Part shown: in pieces, positions 12,741-25,105 of the stretch | Layout: each line of letters begins with the position of its first letter | How positions within the stretch are numbered: position 1 is the stretch's first letter | From: Priapulus caudatus | Taxonomy: Eukaryota | Direction: 5' to 3' | DNA length: 37,934 nt | NCBI RefSeq assembly: GCF_000485595.1 | Contig: NW_014577088.1 | Location: forward strand, 179,049 to 216,982 | Program-made: the position numbers and the translations under genes | The notes under the pieces: generated by a model | Told to the model about the DNA's origin: nothing | What the model saw: the letters and a program-made list of their open reading frames with translations, nothing else | The model's database searches: none

Positions 12741-13865
12741 AGTGAATGCAATAGTAGCTTATTCGCATACTATCGTACCTACAGACAGTCGACAAACGTG
12801 CATAGGCCTACACTAGGGCTATTAATAGAAAAGCTTGCTTTGATAGCAAGAGTAGGTGCGTACGAAATCGGTGAATTCTGAATGCTCACGATGTAAACAA
12901 ACGTCAAAGTCTAGTGAACATTAATTATGTGGTTGCGTGGCAATGCCAAATTCGTGCCCAATCTACGAATCTGCAATGAAGACCTGTGTCTTAGCCTCAT
13001 TGAACTGTAGCACCTAAACTCACGCTGATAAAGCCTGTATGGTAAAGTCGGGATCGCTCTTACCTCTTCTTACTTCTTTCTTTCTTTTTTCTCTCTTTTT
13101 TGAATCTCAGGGGGATATTTGTAGGCAGGCCTGATCCCCGCTGCCTTCAAGAGGGCAGTGGGGATGCCATCGCCTACCCCGCCCCCTGCCGGATTTACGG
13201 CCGTGTTAGTGAACTGCGGTGGCGCTGCGCAAGCGTAAGTGCAGCGCGTAGCGCTGGGGCAGCGGAGCGGAGGGCGGGACGCGGGTGCTGCAGAGGGGGA
13301 CACGAGGGTTTTGAGGGACACCCGCGCTCGAGTGTTGAACAGGAAAATAAAAATAACGGCCTAATAACATACGCATATTCATTGGCCACATTTTTCTGTA
13401 TTATATGCATATTTGTACTTGTTGTGTGTTTCATTAAAATGGCAGTATGATTTTGTCAGAAGAAAAATTTGTCATCATACATTGCGCTTGGTAGCTCACA
13501 TTCATTATCTGGGCTTAATAAGGCCGACTTGAGTCTCTTGCAACAGTATCGCTTCCGCCCACCGCGCACACCGCCGACCGATGCCAGAATACCGCAGTGC
13601 CAGAATATGGGGGGACGCCTGACGCGCTCGACCCCGGGCAAAGCATGCTCGTCTCATCTAGTAACGCACGGACGGCATGCTGCGCCTGCCACTAACATCA
13701 GGCAGGTCAGACGGGGAGCAGAGGAAATCGTGTGCCAGAGTTCTGCGATCATAAGAATTTTTATAGGGCTAGCAGCGTGACCTGACGGCTGCATCTGACG
13801 CCTGGTCTTCCGCTTATAGGGCCTAGATTTAGCACAAGAAGATCTACACGTACTATACATGATAT

Positions 13866-13905
13866 CAAGAGCTAATCAATACCTTAAAGGTATTATTAGC
13901 TCTTG
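13866..13905. mobile_element. Mini-palindrome, P-like footprint (CAAGAGCTAAT family)
   Basis: caagagctaatcaatacc-ttaaa-ggtattattagctcttg. Flanks share GATAT (imperfect duplication). Confidence 0.55.
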
Positions 13906-14057
13906 GGATATATATATGTAACCGGCCCAAAAGACGGGTCTATAAAGTTATTGGAAAGATTTGGTTCACGGAAATTCTATGCGCCGGTTAAAAAAGTTGG
14001 CCCGGCGGTCGGCCGCGGCTGGCCTGCGGCAGTTGCCAGCGCCCTTCGCGGCTCGAG

Positions 14058-14082
14058 NNNNNNNNNNNNNNNNNNNNNNNNN
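14058..14082. other. Assembly gap (25 N)
   Basis: N run. Confidence 1.
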
Positions 14083-14084
14083 AT

Positions 14085-15490
14085 ATGTAGGTAGGTGGAG
14101 TAGGTAGGATGTGAGGTAGGTAGGGTAGGTAGGTGGTAGGTTTGGTATGTAGGAGGTATGTAGGTAGGTAGGTAGGTAGGTAGGTAGTAGGTAGGTAGGT
14201 AGGTAGGTAGTAGGTAGGTAGGTAGGGTAGGTAGTGTAGGTAGGTAGGTAAGGTAGGTAGTAGGTAGTAGGTAGAGTAGCGTAGATGGTTAATGTCTTAT
14301 TTTGTGTGAAGTTTAGGGCTATGTAAATTGAGTGGTGTGCATACGTTACTGATTTACTTGAGTACGTGTTTGTTACTGATCTCGTCATATAAAGAAAAAC
14401 AAGCCATTATTTTGCCTCTGTGGGTATGAGCTTAAGCACAACATTTGCTATACTAAAAAAAAAAAAAATAATGAGATGGTGTGCGGAAACACCTTGGAAG
14501 GGAGCACGATGTATTATTTGGAAAATGCAGCAAAGACACTGTGGTCGCGGAGATTCATAGCACTGATCAGGTAACTGGAATGCAGTTTTTTTGCTGAGCG
14601 CCAAACTAGTTTCGCTCGGCACTAAATGTATACATAGCTGCACCTTATTTTAATACACGTCGCAGTTTCGGGAAACTCACCCACACCGTGAAGCAAGCAC
14701 ATCAACACATCACAATACGACAAATATGCTAACGTATAAAATGCCACTTTATAAACATCGCACCTAATAATTTCATAGTAATAATAATTAATAGGTAAAT
14801 TTTAAATAGGTATAAGTTTAATTCCGCAACTAAAACACGGCTATAGGCTATACTAACTGATACAGTAAGGGTAAATGTCCACAACGCATACGGCTACAGT
14901 CTACCCGAAAGCAAATTGAGCGCCCAGCAACTTGTTATATCTATATGTCTGCGAGCCCCATGCATGCAATGCACTAAACCACACGTTTACTCAAGGTCAT
15001 TGTGTGCTTGGCAGGCCGTTATAATGTTGTCATCGCGATTAGGCCTCAATTTGTCGTCGAGCGCAACTTACATTCACTTAATGTAATTGGAAAGTCACGT
15101 ACAACCTTACACACTGAAATCACTTTTCTTTTCTTTCTTCTGATTGCCCTTTTCTGAGCAAAGTCAGCAAACAGGCAACAGCAGGTATAGTCTAGTCCAT
15201 AGTCATAGTCATACTATAGTCTAGGTCATAGACTAGTCGATGCAGTGCCGAACCTTTGCCCCTTTATACTGCGCACGATTTAGCCGCTTCTGAAGCGGGA
15301 TAACTTAATTTAGCTCGGATAAGTCGTTTTATACTGCGCACGACTTATTAGCCGCTTCTGAAGCTGGATAACTTTAGTCTGGATAAAGTGTTTTATACTG
15401 CCGTTCTCGACCACCGAGTTGCATGCGAGACCGGAGTAATGTCATCGTAACGTAAACCTCACGTAACAACACTTGAGTTCACGTCACGTC
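14085..15490 (-). repeat. Inverted duplicate of 23662-~25100, including (TAGG)n and the right end of the Harbinger element
   Basis: Collinear reverse-complement match throughout, e.g. gtagatggttaatgtcttattttgtgtgaag vs cttcacacaaataagacattaaccatctac. Confidence 0.95.
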
Positions 15491-15686
15491 TATGGCAGAC
15501 GCGAGGTGGACATAAATGGTATTTAGTGACAGTCATATATTCGAATTAATGTCTTATCATATATTTTATTTAGTGATAGTCATTAAATCAACCAATCAGA
15601 TACAAGCTTATTTTTTCTCAGCCAATCATAGGCATGGAATTATTGTCAAACACTAAATGATTTAATGATAGACACTAAATGATTTA

Positions 15687-16834
15687 TACCTACCTACCTA
15701 CCTTACTACCTCGTTACCTACCCACCTCCCCGCCTCCCTCCCTCCCAACCTACCTCCCTACCCGCCAGCCTACCATGAGACAGGTTCTTACATAGAAACA
15801 AGCTTTATACGCGAACATTTCACTGCAACTATTGTTTGCAATTATAATTTTAATATTGCAAAGATTGTTTTATTATACACTTTCTAACATCATATATAAA
15901 TTCCATTTAAAGTTTATACGAACGGAAATTGTAAACTGGAATTGTAAAATTATCAATATTTATATAATAGATGCATGCATGTTCAAATGATTTCATAACA
16001 GTGTTACAGGAACTTTATTGTTTGAAATAACTAGGTCCATTAAAGGACCTATATGTGTTTCCAATCGTTTTTTTGGGGGGGAGCCAAAAAGGTAGTACGT
16101 GTAAAGCAAGTACGTGAATATGCAAATACATTTACGTATTTGCAACGGTATAATGCAACGCAGAGCACATGCAGCTATTCTGGGAGTAAAGTAGAAATAT
16201 TGTAATTTTCAATGTAAATTATTCCCACTTGTGCAAATGGTATAAAACTCATATCTCGTTCTTGACGTTCATAACCCGTAAAATAAATATATAAGTTATT
16301 CCTAATAGATAGCCTAAATTCACCAATTTAGTAAAAATATGCAGTAGATACGCGAGCCAAGTTCGAGGTAGATATGACTTATTATAATTCAAATATTAAT
16401 TCTATAGTCATCTAATAACCCAATAGTCGATTCGTTACTTAAAAAGGTACTGTGGAACTTGCGCAACAGATGGCATTGTGTTGGTGTGACCTTCATTAAA
16501 GATGCAAGTCTTTGGGAATAAATGTAGAAAATTGACAATTTAACTTTACGAGAATTTGAGATTGATGGATTCAGCTGGTATCGTGATAATAGCTTATTTT
16601 CCATGCAGCCATGCAGTCATCGGGGTACTGCATGAGTTCATGTATATAGATGCTTACAACCGTAATCGCACCAAGGGAAGAAATTGCTTTTGATTATCGG
16701 ATAGATACAGGGAAAATTTTGTAAATGAAATAGAATCTGAAACGTGATATAGCAATGAGATCGAGTTGGAATAAAGTTAAATAGAAATGTGTGATCAATA
16801 ACTTGTGCATATGTGCATAGCTTGGCGCGCGCGC

Positions 16835-16917
<83 letters not shown>

Positions 16918-17506
16918 CGCCCATGCGTGTGTGTATGTGTACGTGTGTTACAGCTATAGGGCGTACGTGCGAGTAAGATATTATCAGGAGTGTATCAAAA
17001 TGTGTGGTTTGATACACTCCTCACACACATCACTCCTTTTGATACACTCCTGATATTATCAGGAGTAAGATAATATAGAATTCTATATTATCTTACTCCT
17101 GATATTATGTTGCTAAATGAAAGTGATGCAAGCTAAAACATTCTCGAGTGCATCACTGGTAGTCATCGAACACTCATGGAATAGAAAGCATGCGCGTTAA
17201 GATAAAATTGTAGAATAATTATGACATGTTCACCGTGGCCATGCATGTCGGTTTGTACAAGGGCCGTGAATAACAAGTGTCTTATAATTAGAGGAACTAA
17301 GCATTTACTTAATTAGCCATGCACGTAAAATAGCACTTGATCATCGATATGTCTTGTTGCATGCCACCTGTGTTGCATGTTGGTTATCTTATTGAACATT
17401 TCTTGCAGAAATATAGAGAATCTAAGCAATTTCCTCGGTGTTGTGCAGAATTATTTGAAATATAGAAAGCTCTTGATTATATTGGGATATTTCTACTTGA
17501 ATACAC
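15687..17506 (+). repeat. Direct duplicate of ~25100-27882 lacking the HINE insertion
   Basis: Collinear match from cctccccgcctccctccctcccaacc to ttctacttgaatacac. Differences are mostly 1-2 nt indels. Confidence 0.95.
16985..17101. mobile_element. Two adjacent CAGGAG...CTCCTG mini-palindromes (16985-17052 and 17060-17101)
   Basis: ATATTAT occurs before, between and after them. Arms are 16 bp and 21 bp. Confidence 0.7.
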
Positions 17507-17937
17507 AAAGGTTTTGCAAAAATTTTCACAAATTGTCGCCGACGACAATTTGTGCAGGGACGACGATTTTTGGTCACCGAGGTTGCGCAGCTTCACTGGC
17601 GACGTTAGATTGCGCGCATCAAGGTATGCTTCTCTTTCTATCTAGAGATGATGAAAACTACGCTTGCCTCCATCTGATTCAGACCTTCCGGCGCTGTTAC
17701 ATCACCATTACCGTGTCTTAATTGTTCGTGTGGCGCATTGAACTAAATCATTTTTATTTCATTTGTGTTTTTGTTTGTTTCCTTTATTGGTGAATTCGAT
17801 CAATGATTGCAGCTACAGGGGGATTTCCCTGATTGTATTTTCCATTGCAGGTTTGTTAGCTGTAAATCCATTGAGAGTCGGAATTCCTGCCCGTAAGCAT
17901 ATAGCTTTGTTGCTTAAACGATTTCGCTTCTGCTTAA

Positions 17938-18312
17938 ATTGACTACGTCACGAATTTTCCATGGTAAAATTTGTAAAAAAAAAAATTGTCATTTTTTTAC
18001 ATTAAAAGTAAGAACTAACGTTACTAAATATATCCTCAAACTCTCACCTGATAAAAATGTTTTTACGTTGGTTAAATCTGCAAAAATCTAGACGATTTGG
18101 TAATTTCTGTTGTCTATAACACTATTCCCCCAGTACTGTTCAGATACTGGCATCTTTCTGTTTTTCACCGACAAATTTGGGCATATAAAGAAGGTATATA
18201 AGCATGAAAAGTAAACAGAAATACTAATTGTATTTTCATACATTTTATTTTGTACAAATAACACACAAATATACTACTTTATGGTGCTCAAAATTCGTGA
18301 CGTATAATCACT
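17938..18312. mobile_element. Kolobok-like MITE
   Basis: TTAA|attgactacgtcacgaatttt ... aaaattcgtgacgtataatcact|TTAA: imperfect ~22-bp TIRs, TTAA on both sides, and ends that are not the CC..GG of piggyBac. Confidence 0.6.
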
Positions 18313-19206
18313 TTAAAGCTATAGCTGAGGAATGACCACTATAATTAATCTACTAATAATTTACGTAATGTTGTTTCAGACTCATGGTAGCTACAGTTGC
18401 TCACTACTTCGTACCTACTCTGGTGTTCGTAAAACGTTTAACCTTGCCGCATACTCCCTGCTTGGGCTTATAAATTAAATTACAGAAGACTATGTTCTTT
18501 TATCAAAAATCTGAGATTGAGTCCTTAGAACATGCAAGCAAGTATGTACACTCGTGTCGCGATTTTTAAATTGCAATGTCATTATGTCAGTGTCTGGTTG
18601 GATAATCAAATATAATACTTATAACATTTTCTAACGTCATGTTTTAAAATAGTGTCAATCTAGCGACAGTGTTTAGTTTTCTTTAGCATATAATAATATT
18701 CGAAAGATAAATTTATTCAATCATGGTCTTCTTTACCAATGTGATCCTATCCTTCTCCTCTCCTGCTCGTTTGTTTTGCTTTCAATCTCGCTCATTGTCT
18801 CCTATAAACATGTGTGCGTGCGTCGTGACGACGTTCGTGAGTTGGTGCGTGGTGGATGGTTGTCGTGTTGTTGTGATGTCCTTGTTTATCCGATCTGCAA
18901 CGTGGACCCTGTTAGTTATGATGCTGCCTAGCCGACTAGTTTGATTCAGGGATGCGTATGATTGTATGATGAAGCATTTATAGTAATTAATGAGTAATAA
19001 CGGTTAAATATAGGTTGACCTATATAAATATATTGTAACGTCTGGCGCGACGCTACACAGATGTGAGGAGGATAGGAGATGGGAGATAGGAGATAGATAG
19101 GGTAACGAACCAACGGAATAACGGGTACCTGGGAGCGCCTGATTCCACGTATAACTACTCCTATAAGATATGTTTTAATTCAGGTAAAATATTGCTCGCT
19201 ATACAC

Positions 19207-19240
<34 letters not shown>

Positions 19241-19587
19241 CGTGCGTGCGTGCGTGCGTGCGTGTGTGTGTGTGTGTTAATGTGTGTATTAGATAAGCCC
19301 AGTGAGTGTGTATGTGCGTGTGCGTGTGCGCATGCGCGTGCGTGCGCGTGTGTGTGAGTATGTGCATGCGTATCTGCGTGCGCGCGCGTGCGCGTATGAT
19401 TTGTGGATTAGAAATCAGTGTGCTATTTCGCAGGTTGCGATAACCGGGTTGTTTCAGCTTGTCAAGCGGCGCGCGCGGCGCGGGACCGGCTCGTCGCGTC
19501 CGGCACGTCGATGAAGGCGCTCGCGCGTCGACCCCAGCACGCGACTTCCATCCCCACCGACCAGCACTACTAACACACGCTGAAACC

Positions 19588-19693
19588 ATGTATTCCACTA
19601 CTACTAACAAACCGCTAGACAAACTGAAGTCGTTCTGCGATCGGATGAAACGATTGCTGGACCCTGCGCCGACGGGTCGCGTCGCACCGCCAG
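19588..19693 (+). CDS. Putative first coding exon (MYSTTTNKPLDKLKSFCDRMKRLLDPAPTGRVAPP/G) of the ITPRID/SSFA2-like gene
   Basis: ATG in good context (gaaaccATG) within a non-repetitive GC-rich island. Ends at donor CAG|GTAATC in phase 1, matching the phase-1 acceptor at 29307. A candidate upstream acceptor tatttcgcag| at 19433 would add 5'UTR. Linkage to the downstream exons is inferred from phase only. Confidence 0.45.
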
Positions 19694-20047
19694 GTAATCA
19701 GTGTGCACTGACACGGTTGTCCAGCGCCTGATCATGATGTGATTGCTGCCACCCCTGCATGAACGCACGCATTTCCCATGCAGCAGTGGGCACGTAATTT
19801 CGCCCGGAGGCCAGCTGAGCCCGCGTAGGCTGGGTGTAGAACGAGGTCGGTTTCATAGCCCGACTTGTCGGTCTGAGATGGGCTGCATTCCCTGCGCAAC
19901 TTTGTTTGTCTGCTGTGAACGCTTTGAAGACGCGAGAGACAATGATTATACTCGACCGCGGGGCAAAGGGAAACGTCGCTTTCTTTGCCGACCGTACGAT
20001 TGGTGACGAACTTCGTGAATGGCGAAGCGTGTGAGCAAATGAAACAG

Positions 20048-20241
20048 ACACACACATATACACACACGCGCTGCGGCGCACACAACACACGACACACACA
20101 CTACACCATCCGCGCCACACACCACACACACACAAACACACACACACACACACACACATACACATTACATAGCCACACTGCGCGCGGCGCAACACACACA
20201 TGACACACATACACACACGCAGCGGCGCACACACACCACCA

Positions 20242-20324
<83 letters not shown>
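20048..20324. repeat. (CA)n microsatellite, partly degenerate
   Basis: Direct reading. Confidence 0.95.
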
Positions 20325-20328
<4 letters not shown>

Positions 20329-21394
20329 GCATTCGTTGCTTCGCTACTCTCTACAACGCGCCTCGCGTCGCACGCGCGCGTGCACGTACGCGCGCTGTTT
20401 CGCTAATTCGCGTGCGAATGTGTTTGTTGCAACATTTTTAGGGCCAAATAATACGGCGAGCGTCATACTAAATGTAATAACATTTTACCTGGAATTTCCC
20501 ATTAAATCTCATTATACATGCTCGATGATGTGGGGCGGAGAATAGTGACGCCTGATATTTTATAACCGTGCGTGATCGCTTTCATTGCACTCTCGGATGA
20601 ATTCTCCAAATAGTCTGCAATCAATAGACTGCAGGCCAAGTGGGATGGCTAGCTATTATCGCGTGAAGCCGTGAAAGCTAGAAACCCGAGAAGAAAACAT
20701 TTCAGTCTGGCTGTCGAGCGACAATATTTACTATCTATATATATATATATATATATACGTGTCCATTCGAACATGCAGTCGATGAGCGCGATCGAGTATC
20801 AGAAGCGAGGTTTTACACACGAATACCGAGATAGAGGAGAAGTATTATGTGTGAGTGCAGTGTCTGAACCATGAGAGTGCGATACGTTTCCCTGATTAGG
20901 CTGGCCAGGGTTTTATTTATTTCTGGTAGTTTTGCTGTCAGTGACTGACCTTTGTCACAGAGGTCAGAAGAGCGACCTCACTCAATGGTTTTTCGTCATG
21001 ACACTTGGACGGTTGATACGCTGTAAATGCTATATCTTTTGGGCCCAACACTGTAACTATAGTGCTAAATTTATCCATTAAAGTCACTAACCACGTTTTA
21101 ATGAACTAAAATGATGACGATATAAAAAGATAAATAGCAAAACTAAAACGTAAGCTAAAACGATCAAGGCTAAATCGACAACATCTAATGAGCTTCTTGC
21201 TAATTCGGTTGATCATAAGGTGCAATTATAGCTCAGTAAACATACAGTATACAGGATGATTGCAACCATTCCAACATTTAATAGCCCAATAGACATGTGG
21301 CCTCGCTGTCATCGTTGTCCTCGCTGTCCTCGTTGTATCAGCATATGCAGCTAAGAGCATGTGGGTATTTCGTGGTATTGAGTATACATTTCAT

Positions 21395-21438
21395 CAAGAG
21401 TACATAATAAAACCATTTGGTTTTATTATGTACTCTTG
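21395..21438. mobile_element. Mini-palindrome, P-like footprint (CAAGAGTACATAATAAAACCA arms)
   Basis: Perfect 21-bp arms, 2-nt loop, exact 7-bp TSD ATTTCAT. Confidence 0.75.
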
Positions 21439-22524
21439 ATTTCATGTATATCCGCAAATATTTGCGAGGCGAAATAGAACGATGAATGTCATGGAATGAT
21501 AATCAATTGCAGAGTCGAAAGGGTAAACGTATGGTATAAATTCAGAGCTCGGCACTATCAGTCGTAGCAAATAGGATTCGCACTGCGACATTTATATTTC
21601 AGATGTTCGTTAGACACGTGTAGCATAGACACGCGTGCAACTTAAATACAGTCTTACAAAACCTTTTTTCATCACGGGAATTGCGTCCGTTCTAAACTTT
21701 AGAGATATTGAAAGAATATTGGCATTGCGTATCGGCATCGTTTAATAAGTAGTTGCGTTCGTTTAGTTTTCCCCAGCGGCCTGCATACAGCGGCAGCATA
21801 ACAAATTTGACAGTAAGTCTGTACATGGATGCATGTACAGTAAAGCAAACCTCCACCTTTCACACTATATCATGTGCAAACCCGTGTTTTATTATATTTT
21901 CAAGCTGGGCACTGATTAGCATACACGAAGTATTGATTTCCTGCATAGGAATGATTTTTAAAATGGTGGAATTTTAGGGAGACGTGAATGCTGCTTAATA
22001 GGCTAACATTTCGATAAAGTGCTGCATTTGATTGAATGTAAGGATTTTAATAATAAAACTATTGATGTTTTTAGTGACCAATGTAATTATTGACCAAGAT
22101 TATGCAATTAACCAAGTTATGATCATTATATTTTGCGCTAAATCTGTGACAATATATATGTTATATATGTGACACTTTTTCTAGAAGAGTTTTTTATACG
22201 TTCATCTGAAACCTGTTGCTAACGTAGGAATCCTGACTACTTGACAGCTGACACAATTTTAAATGATATATCTAACTCTGTGTAGGAAAAATGGAAACTA
22301 GCGTCTATGTATCTAGTACCCCTTTTATACTGAGGGTTATCCCGCTTCAGGTCCGGACCTGAAGCGGGATAACCCCCAGTATAAAAGGTCGAAACATACT
22401 TAGCCCGAGCTAAAGTTATTCCGCTTTAGGAGGTGGTTCAGGTCCGCTTCAGACCCGAGCTAACGTCAGTATAAAAGGTATCTCGACTTTAGCTCGCTCT
22501 AAATGCTCGCTCTTGCAAGAACAC

Positions 22525-23533
22525 ACATAACAATGTCGATATCGCAACTCCAAATAAGGTTGCGACGGTGCGATACTCTGACGGAGTTGCCAGCCACCAA
22601 ATGACAACGCCCAGCCTTCTCCTGTAGTCAATCGGTCTCCCAAAATTCGTCGTCTGTTTTTCGATAGCTGGCCGTAAATGATCTGCGATATATTCAAACG
22701 TCGCCCTTCTCATTCTGAAATGTTGTCTCCATTCTTCTTCAGTGAAATTCAGTACAATTTGCTTCCAACACAATTGTCTATGCCGTCTATCAAGCCTGCC
22801 TATCCGCCTATATACCGCCGACTGCCCTATGGACCACAGGCACTTGAAGCGTTTCAATAAAATATAATGCTAACTAAATACGAAATCTATTTACTACCAA
22901 ATTCTTAATGTTTCTATAGCCTATAGGCCTGTGCTCTCTTTCACCTATTATTGCCAACAGTTTCCTGTAAATTCCGTCCAAATCCTACGTCCAACGTACG
23001 CTGCCGGATGCCACTGCTTTCGCGGCGCGACTGTTGCACGCTGACACTATATATATTAACAGTCACTGTGCACAGTGAGCAATGGCGGCGTTAGTGTGTG
23101 TGCATAGAGCATTTACACGGAATTGACAGGAAACTGTCGGCAATAATAGGTGAAAGAGAGAAACATTAAGAATTTTGTAGTACTACTACTAGTATTAAAT
23201 TTCGTATTTATTTAGCATTATATTTTATTGAAACGTTTCAAGTGCCTGTGCTATGGACTGCCCATAGCCAATGCCGCAGAAAGATGTGCGACGATCATCG
23301 CTCTCTGATCGATCAATCGATCATCGATCATCGATCAATCAATCGATCAATCTCTCATCGATCAACGCTAAACCGGCGGCGTCCCCGAAGTCGGGCGAGT
23401 AGGAAACGGGCTCTTCTCCTCCGCAAATCCCTTCGGGGAGATCGAGTCGTCCATAACTAGCAGCAATTGCAGACAAATGTCCAATGTTAGCTGGTAGCAC
23501 CGCAAAGATTAACACAATTTCCCTAGACTCCAT
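22525..23533 (-). pseudogene. Harbinger (HARBI1-like) transposase, N-terminal remnant; DDE domain missing
   Basis: FTEEEWRQHFRMRRATFEYIADHLRPAIEKQTTNFGRPI...RLGVVIWWLATPSEYRTVATLFGVAIST matches the FRM...YLATG...FGVS.ST helix-turn-helix signature. The 5' part is broken by a MITE and an (ATCG)-rich tract; the 5' boundary is inferred. Confidence 0.85.
22835..23250. mobile_element. 416-bp MITE with ~140-bp TIRs (hAT or P type) nested in the transposase gene
   Basis: Ends CACAGGCACTTGAA...TTCAAGTGCCTGTG with an exact 8-bp TSD CTATGGAC. Confidence 0.85.
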
Positions 23534-24890
23534 TGTCAAACGATATCCAATTAAACGCAGATCGAGATAATATTACGAGAAGCATGTAGCATTCTAGCTA
23601 CCGGTATCAGAATGGTTGAGTTTTGCGCGGAACTGAATTCGAACTCGTGAGTCGTATGTTTGACGTGACGTGAACTCAAGTGTTGTTGACGTGAGGTTTA
23701 CCGTTACCATGACAATTACGCCGGTCTCGCATGCAACTCGGGTGGTCGAGAACGGCAGTATAAAACGACTTTATCCCGAGCTAAAGTTATCCAGCTTCAG
23801 AAGCGGGCTAAAGTCGTGCGCAGTATAAAACGACTTATCCCGAGCTAAATTAAGTTATCCCGCTTCAGAAGCGGGCTAAAGTCGTGCGCAGTATAAAAGG
23901 GGCATAGGTTCGGCACTGCATCGACTAGTCTATGACCTAGACTATAGTATGACTATGACTATGACTAGACTATACCTGCTGTTGCTGTTGCTGTACTTTG
24001 CTCAGAAAAGGGCAATCAGAAGTAAAGAAAAGAAAAGTGATTTCAGTGTGTAAGGTTGTACGTGACTTTCCAATTACATTAAGTGAATGTAAGTTGCGCT
24101 CGACGACAAATTGAGCCTAATCGCGAGTGACAACCATTATAACGGCCTGCCAAGCACACAATGACCTTGTAAACGTGTGGTTTAGTGCATTGCATGCATG
24201 GGGCTCGCAGACATATAGATATAACAAGTTGGCTGGGCGCTCAATTTGCTTTCGGGGTAGACTGTAGCCGTATGCGTTGTGGGACATTTACCCATTACTG
24301 TATCAGTGTAGTATAGCCCTATAGCCGTGTTTTAGTTGCGGAATTAAACTTATACCTATTAAAATTTACCTATTAATTATTATTACCTATGAAATTATTA
24401 GGTGCGATGTTTATAAAGTGGCATTTATACAGTTAGCATATTTGTCGTATTGTGATGTTGTGATGTGCTTGCTTCACGGTGTGGGTGAGTTCCCGGAAAC
24501 TGCGATGTGTACTTAAAATAAGGTGCAGCTAAATGTATACATTTAGTGCCGAGCGAAACTAGTTTGCGCTCAGGCAAAACAACCTGCATTCCAGTTACCT
24601 GATCAGTGCTATAAATCTCCGCGACCACAGTGTCTTTGCTGCATTTTCCAAATAATACATCGTGCTCCCTTGCCCAACGTGGTTCCACACACCGTCTCTT
24701 TTTTTTTTCTAGTATAGCAAATGTTGTGCTTAAACCAAATGTAAGCTCATACCCACAGAGGCAAAATAATGGGCTTGTTTTCTTTATATGACGGCAATCA
24801 GTAACAAACACGTACTCAGTAAATCAGTAACGTATGCACACCACTCAATTTACATAGCCCTAAACTTCACACAAATAAGACATTAACCAT

Positions 24891-25105
24891 CTACCTACCT
24901 AGCACTCTCCTACCTACCTACCTACCTACCTACCTACCTACCTACCTACCTACCTTACCAATACCTACCTACCTACCTACCTACCTACCTACCTACCTAC
25001 CTACCTACCTACCCTAACCTACCTACTACTACTACTACCTACCTATCCTACCTACCAACCTACCAAACTACCTACCTAACTACCTACCTAGCATACCTAT
25101 CCCTA
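24891..25105. repeat. (CCTA)n microsatellite
   Basis: Direct reading; complement (TAGG)n at 14085-14275. Confidence 0.95.

Larger units (their letters stand above)
22317..23904 (-). mobile_element. Internally deleted PIF/Harbinger DNA transposon
   Basis: TIRs taccccttttatactg / cagtataaaaggggca, 3-bp TSD TAG on both sides, subterminal cagtataaaa and cccgagctaa repeats at both ends, and a transposase remnant inside. Confidence 0.85.

Noticed and set aside
13917..14057. LTR start (TGTAAC...)
   Set aside because: Truncated by the N gap; no second LTR, PBS or retroviral ORF is visible.
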